Below, piece after piece: positions 36,940 to 48,041 of a stretch of DNA of 64,000 bases. The position numbers and the translations under genes are program-made. The stretch lies in contig CAWDQF010000007.1 of assembly GCA_963804425.1 (NCBI GenBank), forward strand, positions 756,442-820,441. The letters run 5' to 3'. This DNA comes from an uncultured Verrucomicrobiae bacterium. Its GTDB lineage: Bacteria; Verrucomicrobiota; Verrucomicrobiia; Chthoniobacterales; JAFAMB01. The number at the start of each line of letters is the position of its first letter. Position 1 is the stretch's first letter. The notes under the pieces were generated by a model. It searched no databases, was not told the origin of the DNA, and saw nothing but the letters and a program-made list of their open reading frames with translations.

Positions 36940-38094
36940 ATGCAGTTCGAATTCGCCACGGGTGGCCGGATCATATTCGGATTGGGCGTTCTTCAACGCC
37001 TGGGCGATTTCCTCGGTGAGCTCGGGCCAAGGATCATGGTGGTGACAGGAAGCGATCCCAACCGCGGTAGACCGCTGGCGGAGTTGGTTGCGAAATGCGG
37101 AGTTGCACAGGTTGAGTTTCGAATCACCGGAGAACCGACGATCGGGTTGATTGATCGGGGGATCCGCTTGGCGCGAGATTCAAACGCAACCGGCATTATC
37201 GGTTTCGGTGGGGGAAGCGTAATCGATTCCGCGAAAGCAATTGCCGGTTTGGCGACCAACCAGGGCGATGTTTCGGATTATCTTGAAGTGATCGGCAAAG
37301 GGAAGTCGCTGGAAGTCCCTGCTCTCCCGCTTTGCGCGATACCGACCACGGCTGGAACCGGAGCGGAAGTGACTAAAAACGCCGTTCTCGGCTCTCCGGA
37401 ACATCGCATGAAAGCGAGTTTACGCAGCCCGATCCTGTTACCGCGCTTGGTACTTGTCGATCCGGAAACCACGGTTCCGCTCCCGCCGGCCGTAACTGCT
37501 TCGACTGGGATGGATGCACTAACCCAGCTGATCGAGCCGTATGTTTCTGTCCGGGCAAACCCGATCACCGACGCGCTCTGCCTATCGGGGATACCCCGGG
37601 TGGCTCAAGGATTGCCACGAGCTTTCCATGACGGGGGCGACCGTTCTGCCCGTACCGATATGTCGTTGGCGAGCTTGTTTGGCGGTATGGCTCTAGCAAA
37701 TGCCGGACTTGGCGCGGTACATGGGTTTGCAGCGCCGATTGGAGGTATGTTTGACGCCCCGCATGGAGCAATCTGCGCGGCGTTATTACCTCACGTCATG
37801 GACATAAACATCCGTGCATTGCGTCACCGTATGCCCGAAAGCGACGCGCTTCGTCGATACGATTTCTTGGGACCTCTACTCACCAAGAAAACGACCGCGC
37901 AAGCGGATGATGCCGTACACTGGGTGCGCGATCTCTGTCGAACGTTGCACGTGAAGCCGTTAGGCGAATTCGGTATTCGAGAGGAGGATACCCAGGTGTT
38001 AGTAGAGAAAGCGCGGCAGGCGAACAGCATGAAAGCAAATCCCATTTCGCTCGATGTGGAAGAACTGACAGAGATCCTCAGAGCCGCGCTTTAA
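36940..38094 (+). CDS. iron-containing alcohol dehydrogenase
   Basis: IIGFGGGSVIDSAKAIA, PTTAGTGAEVT, and a His-rich metal site (AVHGFAAP..HG). ATG 36940 follows the upstream stop codon by 2 nt. Confidence 0.85.
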   Translation: MQFEFATGGRIIFGLGVLQRLGDFLGELGPRIMVVTGSDPNRGRPLAELVAKCGVAQVEFRITGEPTIGLIDRGIRLARDSNATGIIGFGGGSVIDSAKAIAGLATNQGDVSDYLEVIGKGKSLEVPALPLCAIPTTAGTGAEVTKNAVLGSPEHRMKASLRSPILLPRLVLVDPETTVPLPPAVTASTGMDALTQLIEPYVSVRANPITDALCLSGIPRVAQGLPRAFHDGGDRSARTDMSLASLFGGMALANAGLGAVHGFAAPIGGMFDAPHGAICAALLPHVMDINIRALRHRMPESDALRRYDFLGPLLTKKTTAQADDAVHWVRDLCRTLHVKPLGEFGIREEDTQVLVEKARQANSMKANPISLDVEELTEILRAAL

Positions 38095-38199
38095 AGTAGT
38101 GGGCATCACCAATTCTCCGCGATAGGGCCAATGCCGAGCCTCGTGTACGAGTCCCGCTCGGACTGGGTTTTTCGCTCTACCCTGATGGCTTGGCACATC

Positions 38200-39594
38200 T
38201 CACTGAATTACCGTCGTCAGGATAGTCCGGGGACCGAGTTCAACAGAGAGTACTCCTCGTGAATACTTTACTTGGCGGCTGCCTTTGTTCGATCCATTCG
38301 CATCGAATCCTTGGACGGTAGAGACTCTTCCGACAGGAGGGTTGCCATGGAGCTCCACCTGAAGCGTTCGAGTTGTCGATGTGAGATTCGCCAGGGCGAT
38401 AACTACCATTTTCGAAGTTCGAAACGCTGCTCCGGCTAATCCAAAGGAGTTTTTATCGGGACCGACTGCCTGCACGTCCTTGGGCAACAACTGAAGAAAG
38501 GATTGCAGAGCGGTCGCGACCGGCTTGGGTTTGCCCACTTCGTCCAGCAGCCCAAACGCATCGTGAGTCCAGGAAGGATCTTCGGCTTGCCAGAAGGAGA
38601 CCTGGCTTGCGCCATCCGCGATCAGCTTTAGAGCCTCGCCCGCCACCGAAACACCGAAATCGGCAGAGTTGGCGGCGTTATTTTCACTCCTGACTTCGGG
38701 TCCTGCGTCGTACGGCAGTCGGCTCCAGCGCGGACTTTCGCTGGTAAACTCGGTGACCACAAGCGGCAGTCCATGGGCTTGGCTCAATAAGCCGAGCGGG
38801 ACACCGGCGAACCCAGCTGGTTCCGGGCGCTTAGCCGTATCGTAGTCGTGCCAGGAAAGTTGCTGAAGTAGAGCGATGTGCCCTGTTCGTTCCAACTCCT
38901 CGAGATATGCGCCCATGGTGAAGCCGGAGCTCACGCCAGGCCCTTCGATTCCGATTTTAAGGCCGTGCTGGTCAAAGTTCGCTTTCACGCTGCACAGCAA
39001 TGAGTCGTACTCTTCTGGAGTATAGTTGGTGTTAGAGGCTCCATCGGGTTCGTTGATTAATTCGACTGCAGCCGGCGTGATTCCAAATCGCTTGAGATAG
39101 AGTAGATGAGCCACGATCCAATTCGAAAAATCCGGGATGTGGCCCGGCTCAACGTGCATGCGTTCCTTGCCGTCGTCGGCGTGAAAAGTGATGCACCACG
39201 GCGGTGGCATCTGCCAGAGAACCAGATGGCACTGAACTTTTAATGCGCCGAGTTCTTCCCGAAATTGCTGCAGCATATCCGACTGCTCTTGATTTTCATA
39301 TTTCGTGATGACACTCAGGATCTCCGCTACGGACATATGATCTTTGAGCTGATCCGCCGGAATCTCAGGAGTGATGCTGAAGCGAACCCAGCGAACTTTC
39401 AGCTCTCGAATCAACGCATCTCGTTCCGTCCGGTGGTCTGTCTGGGGCCAGACTTGCAGACCGAACCCAGCGAATAGGTGGGTTGCGTTGAAGTCAAAAA
39501 CGATGTGATCCTGCGCGAGGCCGACGATTGGATTACCCAAAGAGATTGCCAGAATGATCGAGCCGTAGAACACCAGTTGGCGGATACAACACAT
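38200..39594 (-). CDS. clan GH-A (TIM-barrel) glycoside hydrolase, secreted; family unresolved
   Basis: Acid/base-type motif ELINEPDG and nucleophile-type motif VVTEFTSE; N-terminal hydrophobic leader. Confidence 0.6.
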   Translation of the reverse strand: MCCIRQLVFYGSIILAISLGNPIVGLAQDHIVFDFNATHLFAGFGLQVWPQTDHRTERDALIRELKVRWVRFSITPEIPADQLKDHMSVAEILSVITKYENQEQSDMLQQFREELGALKVQCHLVLWQMPPPWCITFHADDGKERMHVEPGHIPDFSNWIVAHLLYLKRFGITPAAVELINEPDGASNTNYTPEEYDSLLCSVKANFDQHGLKIGIEGPGVSSGFTMGAYLEELERTGHIALLQQLSWHDYDTAKRPEPAGFAGVPLGLLSQAHGLPLVVTEFTSESPRWSRLPYDAGPEVRSENNAANSADFGVSVAGEALKLIADGASQVSFWQAEDPSWTHDAFGLLDEVGKPKPVATALQSFLQLLPKDVQAVGPDKNSFGLAGAAFRTSKMVVIALANLTSTTRTLQVELHGNPPVGRVSTVQGFDANGSNKGSRQVKYSRGVLSVELGPRTILTTVIQ

Positions 39595-39677
39595 GAGTGG
39601 AAGGGGAAAGTGCGCGAAAGAACGCTTTATACAACAGCTAGCACGCGCCGACCGTTCCGATCCGCCTTTGCTGATGA

Positions 39678-40388
39678 CTAAGAGCCGTTCTTCGATTCTT
39701 CAGGAGAATCAATAAACGGTAGTTGCTGCCTTTTCAGCCCAAGCTCGGTATCCAAAAGGTTTCGCGACTGCTCTACGCTGGCCTTCAGGGATTGGTAAGT
39801 TGCCACCAGCGCAAACGCACCTGCATGGCGGGCGTACGTCGTGTCGGCGGGAACGCCGGATGGCTGACTCGTCAGCACGGTCATTTTGTCCTCGATCCGA
39901 TTATAGTTTTGGTATTGATCGATCAGCCGTTTAGCCAGCATGAACGTTCGCACCAGGCTGGTGCGAAGCATTTCATTTTCGACTAGGCCGATTTCGGCCG
40001 CGTTTGCATCGAAGATACTGAAATAGCTTTGGTAACAGGGCCAGTAAGGGAGAAGCTTTCTCTTCGGATCAAGTGTTTCGATCGGCTTGGCGATGTCTTC
40101 GGCCATCATCAACCAAAGTTGAATCAATTCTTCGCGGACGGCGTGGAGGACGCCGGTGATCCGTTCGCGCTGATCGGCGCGCTCGCGTAGACGGTGGAGC
40201 TCAGCTTCCTCAAACTGAATTTTGCTCGCGTTCCGATAAGCCCAGCGCGCCGCAAAGAGCGTTCCGGTTACCGCGATGAACGCCGCAAAGGCGAAAGTGA
40301 CGGATAAAAGCCACGCGGACGGTGAAAATTGAGAGCAAAAATCCGAGATGGCGCGGAACACTTGATTCAGCAAGAAGCCTGCATCCAT
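39678..40388 (-). CDS. hypothetical single-pass membrane protein (distant paralog of 21007..21672)
   Basis: See 21007..21672: shared TM + helical architecture and shared motifs. Confidence 0.5.
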   Translation of the reverse strand: MDAGFLLNQVFRAISDFCSQFSPSAWLLSVTFAFAAFIAVTGTLFAARWAYRNASKIQFEEAELHRLRERADQRERITGVLHAVREELIQLWLMMAEDIAKPIETLDPKRKLLPYWPCYQSYFSIFDANAAEIGLVENEMLRTSLVRTFMLAKRLIDQYQNYNRIEDKMTVLTSQPSGVPADTTYARHAGAFALVATYQSLKASVEQSRNLLDTELGLKRQQLPFIDSPEESKNGS

Positions 40389-40585
40389 GGTGGTAAAGCA
40401 GATTCGATTGAGGATCTTTCATCTCAACCAAACGTTTTACGTCAGTTTAGCCGGATGGCGGCACGCCGCGCATTCATCTAATTATCAAAAGAGACGTTTG
40501 GGCCAGCTCAAAGTTTCTGCTGATTCGGTTTCCACGACTTCTACCAGCTGCTTATTCAGGTCTAATCATCTTCACCTCCCGACCC

Positions 40586-41569
40586 TTAATTCGCACTCGG
40601 GGACGGTTGCACGTCTGGCGACGGCTGCGAGCTAGGCGACTGTTGCGCGCTCGGAGACGGGGACTGCTGTGCCTCGGGGGATTGCTGTGAGCTCGGGGAC
40701 TGTTGCGCGCCAGGGGACGGGGACTGTTGCGCGACGGTAAACCGATAGCCTGCGTCGACGGCCGATTGGCCAAACTGCTTACCGAGGACAGAGGCCTGCT
40801 CGAGAATTTTCTTATCCTTGAATGCGCGACCTTGCCCTTTGAAAGACCAGTTATCTCGGTGTTGCTCTAAGAAATCGCAATAACTCTTGGTATCGTCGCT
40901 CAGTTTAATCACGTTATTTGCGTTCTGTATTTTCTCCGCGACGTTTGTTTTGTTGGCCAGAGCGGCGGCCACCTGGGCGTCCATAGGAGGTTTAAGGCCA
41001 GCCCCCTGGAGAGGTACGGTTATATCCTTCTCGAATGATTGCAGGGAGTTCAGGTCTCTAGTCGCTGTCGTTTTCAAGGTATCGGCTGCTGCGCGGATCT
41101 TGTCGAAGTCCTCTTTGCTCTGGGCAGTGCTAACGCTTTGCAGGATAATGGGTCCGGCGGTGGCCTTGGCGTTTGCTTCGCTCCTATCGATCATCGTGAG
41201 CCGATTGAGACCTTCATTAAACAATTGAACCAGCTCATACCTTTCCTTGGACAACTTAGACGCGTCCGTGGTCATCAGATTCAGGTAATCTTCCGCCGTG
41301 TTCAGTGGCTTTTCCGATCCAGGAGTCGTGGAAGCGCTCCCTTGAGCCTGTGCTTGGGTCGATTTTCCCTGGCCTAGAGCCTGAAGATATTCCATCGGAC
41401 CAGAAAGCAGCGTCGGTTTGGTGACAAATAGCACCACCAAGAAACAGACCAGCGCGGTGCCGCCCAAATAAAGGATGAGTCGCCAAACAATCTTGCGCCT
41501 TATCGAGCGTTGATATTTGCGGTCTTCTTCGGTGAACTCCGGGTTCGCTTGCATGCGTAGATGATGCAC
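40586..41569 (-). CDS. hypothetical membrane-anchored protein with a C-terminal (QQSPSx) low-complexity repeat
   Basis: TM helix ILYLGGTALVCFLVVLFV; tail AQQSPSPGAQQSPSSQQSPEAQQSPSPSAQQSPSSQPSP. Confidence 0.5.
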   Translation of the reverse strand: MHHLRMQANPEFTEEDRKYQRSIRRKIVWRLILYLGGTALVCFLVVLFVTKPTLLSGPMEYLQALGQGKSTQAQAQGSASTTPGSEKPLNTAEDYLNLMTTDASKLSKERYELVQLFNEGLNRLTMIDRSEANAKATAGPIILQSVSTAQSKEDFDKIRAAADTLKTTATRDLNSLQSFEKDITVPLQGAGLKPPMDAQVAAALANKTNVAEKIQNANNVIKLSDDTKSYCDFLEQHRDNWSFKGQGRAFKDKKILEQASVLGKQFGQSAVDAGYRFTVAQQSPSPGAQQSPSSQQSPEAQQSPSPSAQQSPSSQPSPDVQPSPSAN

Positions 41570-41722
41570 GGATCAGACTGCCACTCAACCCAAATGGCGA
41601 TAATGGCGCGTTGGCGAATCAGACTTCGCCCGTTGCCTGAAACTCGGGAAGCTTCGTCGGACAAGTCGGCGTACCCTGCGTTCTCCGCTCTCATCTCGGC
41701 TATTGGCTATTGGCGATTGATT

Positions 41723-43657
41723 CTACCTGTCCAACCAGACGGGGGCTTTATCCCAAGGCTCCATGCGATGATGTCCACGTGTCTGCAATTGGCTACTCAG
41801 ATGCCATGGCACATCCATGATCAGAATGCGATTCCGTCCCTTTAATAGCAGCACCGTGCGAAGGACTGCCGCTCGCTGATTGTGCAAGAAGCTGTAGTAC
41901 CAATGCGATTCGACGAGTTGGGGGATGAGAACCACGATCGAACTCTCTGGATTCTCCCGCTCCAAATTCCAAATATAATCCAATGTTGGAGCGACTACTT
42001 TGCGATAGGGCGACTTGAGAACCGCAACTTCGGGTGCGGGTAATCCCGTTTGGTCGATTGAAGGTTTGACATATTTATTCCAATCGCTGGCAAAATCTTG
42101 ATCCCCGTCCTCATGCTCGACGTGAACAACACGCACTTTCGCGGCAACCGTGAATGCTGCTTGCAGCGCTCGCGCGGCCACCGTGTTAAGGTGATCGAGA
42201 GGAACGACCGCGATCAAGGGGTTCGGCTCGCGCAGAGAGATCGGACCCGAGATCGCGACCTCGGCGGCAACTCTTCGGTAGTGCCGCTCGATTGCTTGCA
42301 TGAATAAGAATAGTAACGGGAGCACGATGGCGACGAGCCAGGCTCCCTCCGCAAATTTTGTGACAAGGACGATGATCAGAGTGATGCCTGTAGCGAAAGC
42401 GCCGATGCCATTAATGATTGCGCTCAATCGCGCGTTCTTTTCCTGCGATCCCAGCCAGTGGACGACCATGCCAGCCTGGGAGAGGGTGAACGCCAAGAAG
42501 GCGCCGACAGCAAACAAAGGAATGAGTTTATCGGTAACGCCGTTGAACGCGATGAGGAGAATTCCGGCTAACCCGGTGAGCAGAACGATGCCCTCGGTGT
42601 AGACGAGGCGCCGGCCACGAATCCCGAATGAAGCCGGTAAAAATCCGTCAATAGAGATCGTCCGGCAAACGCGCGGAAAACCGGCGAATGAAGTGTTGGC
42701 TGACAGACAAAGCACGAGCAGAATCGCGACCATGGTGACGTAGTATAGGATGCCCCGCCCAACAACCGCTGCGGTCAGGAGAGAAAGAATACTTTGGTAA
42801 TTAGCTGAGCCGGGATCGGTGGCCACAATTTGATAAGCGGATACCAAATACGCGATGCCCAGCAAAAGGACGATCAGGGTCGCTACGATTAAGGTCAGAG
42901 TCAGCCGAGCGGATTTCACCACCGGTTCTTTAAATGCTTGCACCCCGTTACTGACCGCCTCCACGCCGGTCATGGCCGTGCAACCGGCGGCAAAAGCCTT
43001 CAAGAAGAGCCACACTGTGATCGTCGCTTGTGTTTGGGGCGTGGAAGGAAGCGTGGTGAGTGTTTGCGGGTGTCCCCCACTGAGCACTGTTTTAGCAAGG
43101 CCGATGAAACAGATAAGCAGCAGGCAGCCCACGAAAAGGTAGGTCGGCGGCATAAAAGCCAGGCCGGTCTCGCGCAATCCGCGCAAATTCAAGAATGTCA
43201 GGAGGGCGAGCACGGCGAGGCAGAGAAGCCGCGTATGCGGTTGTAGGACGGGGAACGCAGAGGTTAGCGCACCGATACCGGCGGAAATTCCGACCGCGAC
43301 GTTAAGCGTGTAATCAACCATCAAAGCCACGGCGGCCCACAAGCCAGTGGTTTTTCCCAGATTCTCTTTGGCTACAGTATAGGACCCGGCGCCTTGCGGA
43401 TAGGCGGCAATGGTTTGGCGATAGCTGAAATATACGATGACCAGAATCGCGGAAACCGCGGCGGTGATCGGAATGCCGAAGCCGGCCCCGGCCATTCCAA
43501 GAGGGATCAAAATTGTGAGAGCCGCCTCCGGCCCGTAAGCAGCGGAGCTGAGTGCGTCCAATCCAAACACGGAAACACCTGCGAACGCACCGATGCGTTC
43601 TTGTTGGTCTTCGCTGGAAGCGAGCGGACGACCGAGTACGTAATCGAGAAGAGCCAT
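41723..43657 (-). CDS. APC-superfamily permease with a cytoplasmic C-terminal domain
   Basis: About 12 hydrophobic helices. The N-terminus MALLDYVLGRPLASSE..ERIG...GVSVFGLDALSSAAYGPEA is typical of this amino-acid/polyamine permease subgroup. Confidence 0.8.
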   Translation of the reverse strand: MALLDYVLGRPLASSEDQQERIGAFAGVSVFGLDALSSAAYGPEAALTILIPLGMAGAGFGIPITAAVSAILVIVYFSYRQTIAAYPQGAGSYTVAKENLGKTTGLWAAVALMVDYTLNVAVGISAGIGALTSAFPVLQPHTRLLCLAVLALLTFLNLRGLRETGLAFMPPTYLFVGCLLLICFIGLAKTVLSGGHPQTLTTLPSTPQTQATITVWLFLKAFAAGCTAMTGVEAVSNGVQAFKEPVVKSARLTLTLIVATLIVLLLGIAYLVSAYQIVATDPGSANYQSILSLLTAAVVGRGILYYVTMVAILLVLCLSANTSFAGFPRVCRTISIDGFLPASFGIRGRRLVYTEGIVLLTGLAGILLIAFNGVTDKLIPLFAVGAFLAFTLSQAGMVVHWLGSQEKNARLSAIINGIGAFATGITLIIVLVTKFAEGAWLVAIVLPLLFLFMQAIERHYRRVAAEVAISGPISLREPNPLIAVVPLDHLNTVAARALQAAFTVAAKVRVVHVEHEDGDQDFASDWNKYVKPSIDQTGLPAPEVAVLKSPYRKVVAPTLDYIWNLERENPESSIVVLIPQLVESHWYYSFLHNQRAAVLRTVLLLKGRNRILIMDVPWHLSSQLQTRGHHRMEPWDKAPVWLDR

Positions 43658-43769
43658 ATTCGCGAAAGCTTCGGCAGCTTCGTCCCGAATCTAGCGGTTG
43701 ATCCCCGGCACGCACGCGAAAAGCTTTGCGGTCTTGGCTAAGACGCGAGAAAGTAGGGAGGAGGCAATT

Positions 43770-44501
43770 ATGCGAGTTTCACTTCTGCATGCCTTTGGAA
43801 GTTATCTTCAGTCGCAGACAACCCAAGAAGAAGGGCAAGAACCACAGCAGCCATCCGTCACCATCTCGCGCCAAACCGGCTCCGGCGCGGTCACCATTGC
43901 GCAGATGCTAGCGGAACGATTGAATGTTGCCGCAAAGCCGCCGGTAGGGGCAACCTCTTGGACGGTTTTTGATAGAAATTTAGCGAGACAAGTCTTAGTC
44001 GATCATAAGCTGCCGCTGAATCTGGAGCGATTCATGATTGAAGATGCGCGGCTCCCGGTCGAAGCGATTGTCGAAGAGGTGTTGGGGCTTCATCCCTCCC
44101 CATGGACACTTGCTCAGCAAACCACCAGAACCATCCTCCGCCTGGCCGGACTGGGCCGGGTCATCGTGGTAGGTCGCGGGGCGGAGATCATTACCAACCG
44201 CTTGCCCTATGTTTTCCACGTCCGTCTGGTCGCGCCCTGGGAGCAGCGGATTCAGCACGCGGTTAAGTATTACAATCTAGACGCTGGCGAGGCGGCCAAA
44301 TTCGTCAAAGAGGAGGATCACGCGCGACGCCGGTATTTGCGGCGCTACTTTGACGCTGACGTCGATGATCCTTTGCTCTACGATCTCGTACTCAATACCG
44401 GAAGATTGGGGTTCGCTCGGGCGACAGAAATTGTGGCGCAAGCGGTTTTACGACATCACGAAGAATTTTTGCGCGGCCAGCCGCCGCTGGGCGCCGCGTA
44501 G
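43770..44501 (+). CDS. cytidylate kinase-like family protein
   Basis: TISRQTGSGAVTIAQMLAERL P-loop-like start, ..VVGRGAEII..; a strong SD (gggaggagg) lies before ATG 43770. Confidence 0.6.
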   Translation: MRVSLLHAFGSYLQSQTTQEEGQEPQQPSVTISRQTGSGAVTIAQMLAERLNVAAKPPVGATSWTVFDRNLARQVLVDHKLPLNLERFMIEDARLPVEAIVEEVLGLHPSPWTLAQQTTRTILRLAGLGRVIVVGRGAEIITNRLPYVFHVRLVAPWEQRIQHAVKYYNLDAGEAAKFVKEEDHARRRYLRRYFDADVDDPLLYDLVLNTGRLGFARATEIVAQAVLRHHEEFLRGQPPLGAA

Positions 44502-44653
44502 AGTCACGAGCAATACTATCAACTCGCAGTTTTCGGATCCGGTTCGTACTGCCGGGAAGCTATTGAAAAGCCCGCCTTCTTCCTAACCGGTGTCGAAATC
44601 CTCGCCGGACTCGCCAACTCGGAACTTGGAACTCGGGAGCATTCGCGTTTAGC

Positions 44654-45856
44654 GTGACTGGCATGCGAGCCGACCAGTGCCACATCCTCGTTGTCAACAG
44701 CGGGAGTTCTTCCCTGAAGTTTTCGATTTTGGATCCGAGATCCGGGGAGGTCATTGCTTCCGGGATTGCGGAGCGCCTCGGTACGAACCAAGGACGGCTG
44801 AAGCTCAGAGACCTGGAGCAGGCCGAGCATGATGAGGAGTTGCCGCAGGCGGACCATCGCGCTGCCCTCCTTCGAATTATTCAGGTACTGTGCAAAAGTG
44901 GCCAATTTGATCTGCGCGCGATTGGCCATCGTGTGGTGCATGGTGGTGAATACTTCCGCTCGGCGGTCGTCATCACCGATGATGTTGTGCAAAAGATCGA
45001 GGAATTAGCGAGCCTTGCGCCGCTCCACAATCCGCCGAGCGTTCAGGGGATTCGGGTAGCGGCCGAGCTCTTCCCCGACAAAGCGCAGGTTGCCGTTTTC
45101 GATACGGCCTTCCATCAGACGCTTCCGCCGTACGCGTTTCATTATCCAATTCCTTACCACTATTACGACAAGTATCGAGTCCGGCGCTATGGATTCCATG
45201 GGACCAGCCATCATTACGTTACGTCGGAAGCGGCTAGACTATTGGGTAAACCATTCGACCAGACTCAGTTTATTTCGGCCCATCTCGGGAACGGGTGCAG
45301 TGCGGCTGCCGTGAAAAACGGCCAAAGCGTAGATACCACCATGGGGCTCACGCCGCTGGAGGGATTGATGATGGGTACGCGGAGCGGCGATGTGGATCCA
45401 AGCCTGCATCTGTTTATACAACAGCAGGAGAATTTCAGCCTCGCTGAAATCACGGACATGCTCACGCGGAAAAGCGGGTTGTTAGGCGTATCCGGCGTGA
45501 GCCACGATATGCGCTCTGTGGTGTCCGCGGCAATAGAGGGTGAGCCGCGAGCCCAACTGGCGATAGATCTTTTCTGTTTTCGGCTGGCGCGATCCGTACT
45601 TGGCTTGGCCGCATCTCTTTCTTCGATCGACGCACTGATTTTTACCGGTGGCATCGGGGAGAACAGCGCATCGATCCGAGCTAAGGTATTAGGCCATCTC
45701 GCCATTCTGCGTCCGGACCTCCATCCGGAGTCGAACGAACAGAATGGGAAAGAGAGCAACGGACGAATTACCGCTGGTCCTGGTCTGACGTGCTTAGTCG
45801 TTCCGACAAACGAAGAGCTTTTCATAGCACGCGAGGCATCTCGTCTTGTTCCATGA
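44654..45856 (+). CDS. ackA: acetate kinase
   Basis: ILVVNSGSSSLKFS, GHRVVHGG, FDTAFHQT, RRYGFHGTSH, GGIGENS. Confidence 0.92.
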   Translation: MTGMRADQCHILVVNSGSSSLKFSILDPRSGEVIASGIAERLGTNQGRLKLRDLEQAEHDEELPQADHRAALLRIIQVLCKSGQFDLRAIGHRVVHGGEYFRSAVVITDDVVQKIEELASLAPLHNPPSVQGIRVAAELFPDKAQVAVFDTAFHQTLPPYAFHYPIPYHYYDKYRVRRYGFHGTSHHYVTSEAARLLGKPFDQTQFISAHLGNGCSAAAVKNGQSVDTTMGLTPLEGLMMGTRSGDVDPSLHLFIQQQENFSLAEITDMLTRKSGLLGVSGVSHDMRSVVSAAIEGEPRAQLAIDLFCFRLARSVLGLAASLSSIDALIFTGGIGENSASIRAKVLGHLAILRPDLHPESNEQNGKESNGRITAGPGLTCLVVPTNEELFIAREASRLVP

Positions 45857-47994
45857 AACATGCATTTTTTCTCGCTCCGGCCGGCACCAGGGTTGGATTA
45901 ACTACGGTTGCTCTTGGTCTAGTGAGTGCGCTAGATCGTCGGGGGGTGCGAATCGCCTTTTTTAAGCCGATTGGCCAATCGACAGCCGGTGATTCTGGCC
46001 CGGAACGATCGACCCATTTCATTCGGGCCACAACCATTCTGCGACCAGCCGATCCGATCCCGCCTACGATTGCGGCTAAGATGATCGCGGAAGGACGACT
46101 CGACGAATTGATGGGCCAGGTGATTGCGGCGTACCACGATTCGACTCAGGCGGCCGACGTAGTGGTGGTCGAGGGACTCCTGCCGGGAGCAGCCGATCCC
46201 GATTTAGGCGTTCTCAACCAGGAACTCGTCAGAACGCTCAACGCGCAGGTGATTCTGGTTGCTTCGCGAGCCGATAAGACAAACGAACAGGTGGATGATC
46301 AAATCGAGCATGCCGCCAAAGGATTCGGTGGTGTAGAGAAGATCCTGGGAGTCATCGTCAATCGTTATCCCAGCGGTGATCATCCAGTGTCACCAATGCC
46401 CGCGGAACGGTTCCGGTCAGAGAGCCGGATTTTTCAGCGCGAGAAACTGCACCTGATTGGCATCATACCGCAGAGCGATGATTTGACCTATTGTCGCACG
46501 ATCGACATCCAGCGTCATTTGCGCGCCGAAGTGGTCCATCCGGGAGAAATGCAGCAGCGTCGCGTGAAGGTTACCCATCTGTTGGCCCGGACGGTTCCTA
46601 ACATGCTCCACACGTTCGCTCCGGGTGCGATCTTACTGACACCGGCAGATCGGACTGATGTACTCGTCGCCGTAGCTATGGCAGCGCTGAGCCATATTCC
46701 GCTGGCTGGTCTCATTTTAACCGGCGATACCGAGATCGATGATCGGATGATGGGATTTTGTAAGCCGGCGTGGGGAACCGGATTGCCAATCTTGCGCGTT
46801 AAGACAAGCAGCTACGATACGGCAACCCAACTGTATCAGCTAAGTCCTGCCGTACCCGCGGATGATCTCGAGCGCATCGAGAACGCAATCGAGCACGTGG
46901 CACCGGCTTTGGACGTCGAGTGGTTGATTTCACAATCGAAAAAAGAACTCGAGTTCCGGGTCTCTCCCGCTGCCTTTCTTCATCAACTCACAGAGAAAGC
47001 TCGCGCCGCAAAGAAACGGATTGTCCTGCCGGAAGGTTCTGAACCGCGAACGGTTAAAGCAGCTGCTATTTGTGCCCGCCGCGGAATTGCCCGTTGCGTG
47101 CTCTTGGCAAATCCGCATGAAGTGAGGGCTGCAGCGAAAAGCCAGGATATCGATCTACCCGAGAACCTGGAAATTTTGGACCCGGCACTCATCCGTTCCA
47201 ACTATGTCAATCCATTGTTTGAAGTGCGGAAACACAAAGGTCTCTCCTTAGAAATGGCGGCAAGCCAACTGGAAGACAACGTTGTTCTGGGCACGATGAT
47301 GCTGTCGCTTGGGGAGGTGGATGGCCTCGTATCCGGGGCGGTGCATTCCACGGCGAATACGATCCGGCCAGCCTTGCAGATTATCAAAACGAAGCCAGAG
47401 GCAAGGGCAGTTTCTTCGGTCTTTTTCATGTGTCTGCCCGAACAGGTTTTGGTGTACGGCGACTGCGCCGTGATTCCGGACCCAGACGCTGAAACCCTGG
47501 CAGACATCGCCATTCAAAGCGCTGATTCGGCGGAAGCGTTTGGTATCCCGCCCAAGGTAGCCATGATCAGCTATTCCACGGGAGAATCCGGCTCTGGCGC
47601 CGACGTGGATAAGGTCTGCGACGCGACCAGACTTGCGCACTTGAAACGACCTGATCTTCTGATTGATGGTCCGCTGCAATACGATGCGGCCTTTATGCCG
47701 GACGTGGCGAAAACGAAAGCGCCGGACAGTCTGGTCGCGGGGCGAGCAACAGTATTTATCTTTCCGGACCTGAACACTGGAAATACGACCTACAAAGCAG
47801 TTCAAAGAAGCGCCAACGTCATCAGCATCGGACCGATGCTCCAAGGCTTGAAGCGCCCGGTGAACGATCTATCTCGAGGAGCCCTGGTGGACGACATTGT
47901 CTACACGATCGCTTTGACCGCGGTTCAGGCCACGCAGGCGGCAGCTTCACTTCTTGGAGCAAAAGCTGTGAACCTGATCAATGGGAGACGCTGA
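45853..47994 (+). CDS. pta: phosphate acetyltransferase, long form (N-terminal DRTGG/CobQ-like region + PTA domain)
   Basis: The ATG overlaps the ackA stop codon (ATGA). The C-terminal half, ..RIVLPEGSEPRTVKAA.. SGAVHSTANTIRPALQII.. AVIPDP..LADIA.., is the PTA_PTB signature. Confidence 0.9.
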   Translation: MKHAFFLAPAGTRVGLTTVALGLVSALDRRGVRIAFFKPIGQSTAGDSGPERSTHFIRATTILRPADPIPPTIAAKMIAEGRLDELMGQVIAAYHDSTQAADVVVVEGLLPGAADPDLGVLNQELVRTLNAQVILVASRADKTNEQVDDQIEHAAKGFGGVEKILGVIVNRYPSGDHPVSPMPAERFRSESRIFQREKLHLIGIIPQSDDLTYCRTIDIQRHLRAEVVHPGEMQQRRVKVTHLLARTVPNMLHTFAPGAILLTPADRTDVLVAVAMAALSHIPLAGLILTGDTEIDDRMMGFCKPAWGTGLPILRVKTSSYDTATQLYQLSPAVPADDLERIENAIEHVAPALDVEWLISQSKKELEFRVSPAAFLHQLTEKARAAKKRIVLPEGSEPRTVKAAAICARRGIARCVLLANPHEVRAAAKSQDIDLPENLEILDPALIRSNYVNPLFEVRKHKGLSLEMAASQLEDNVVLGTMMLSLGEVDGLVSGAVHSTANTIRPALQIIKTKPEARAVSSVFFMCLPEQVLVYGDCAVIPDPDAETLADIAIQSADSAEAFGIPPKVAMISYSTGESGSGADVDKVCDATRLAHLKRPDLLIDGPLQYDAAFMPDVAKTKAPDSLVAGRATVFIFPDLNTGNTTYKAVQRSANVISIGPMLQGLKRPVNDLSRGALVDDIVYTIALTAVQATQAAASLLGAKAVNLINGRR

Positions 47995-48041
47995 CGGAGA
48001 AGCCTCGGGAGGCGCCTTGCTCAATCCGGTATAGCCGATCC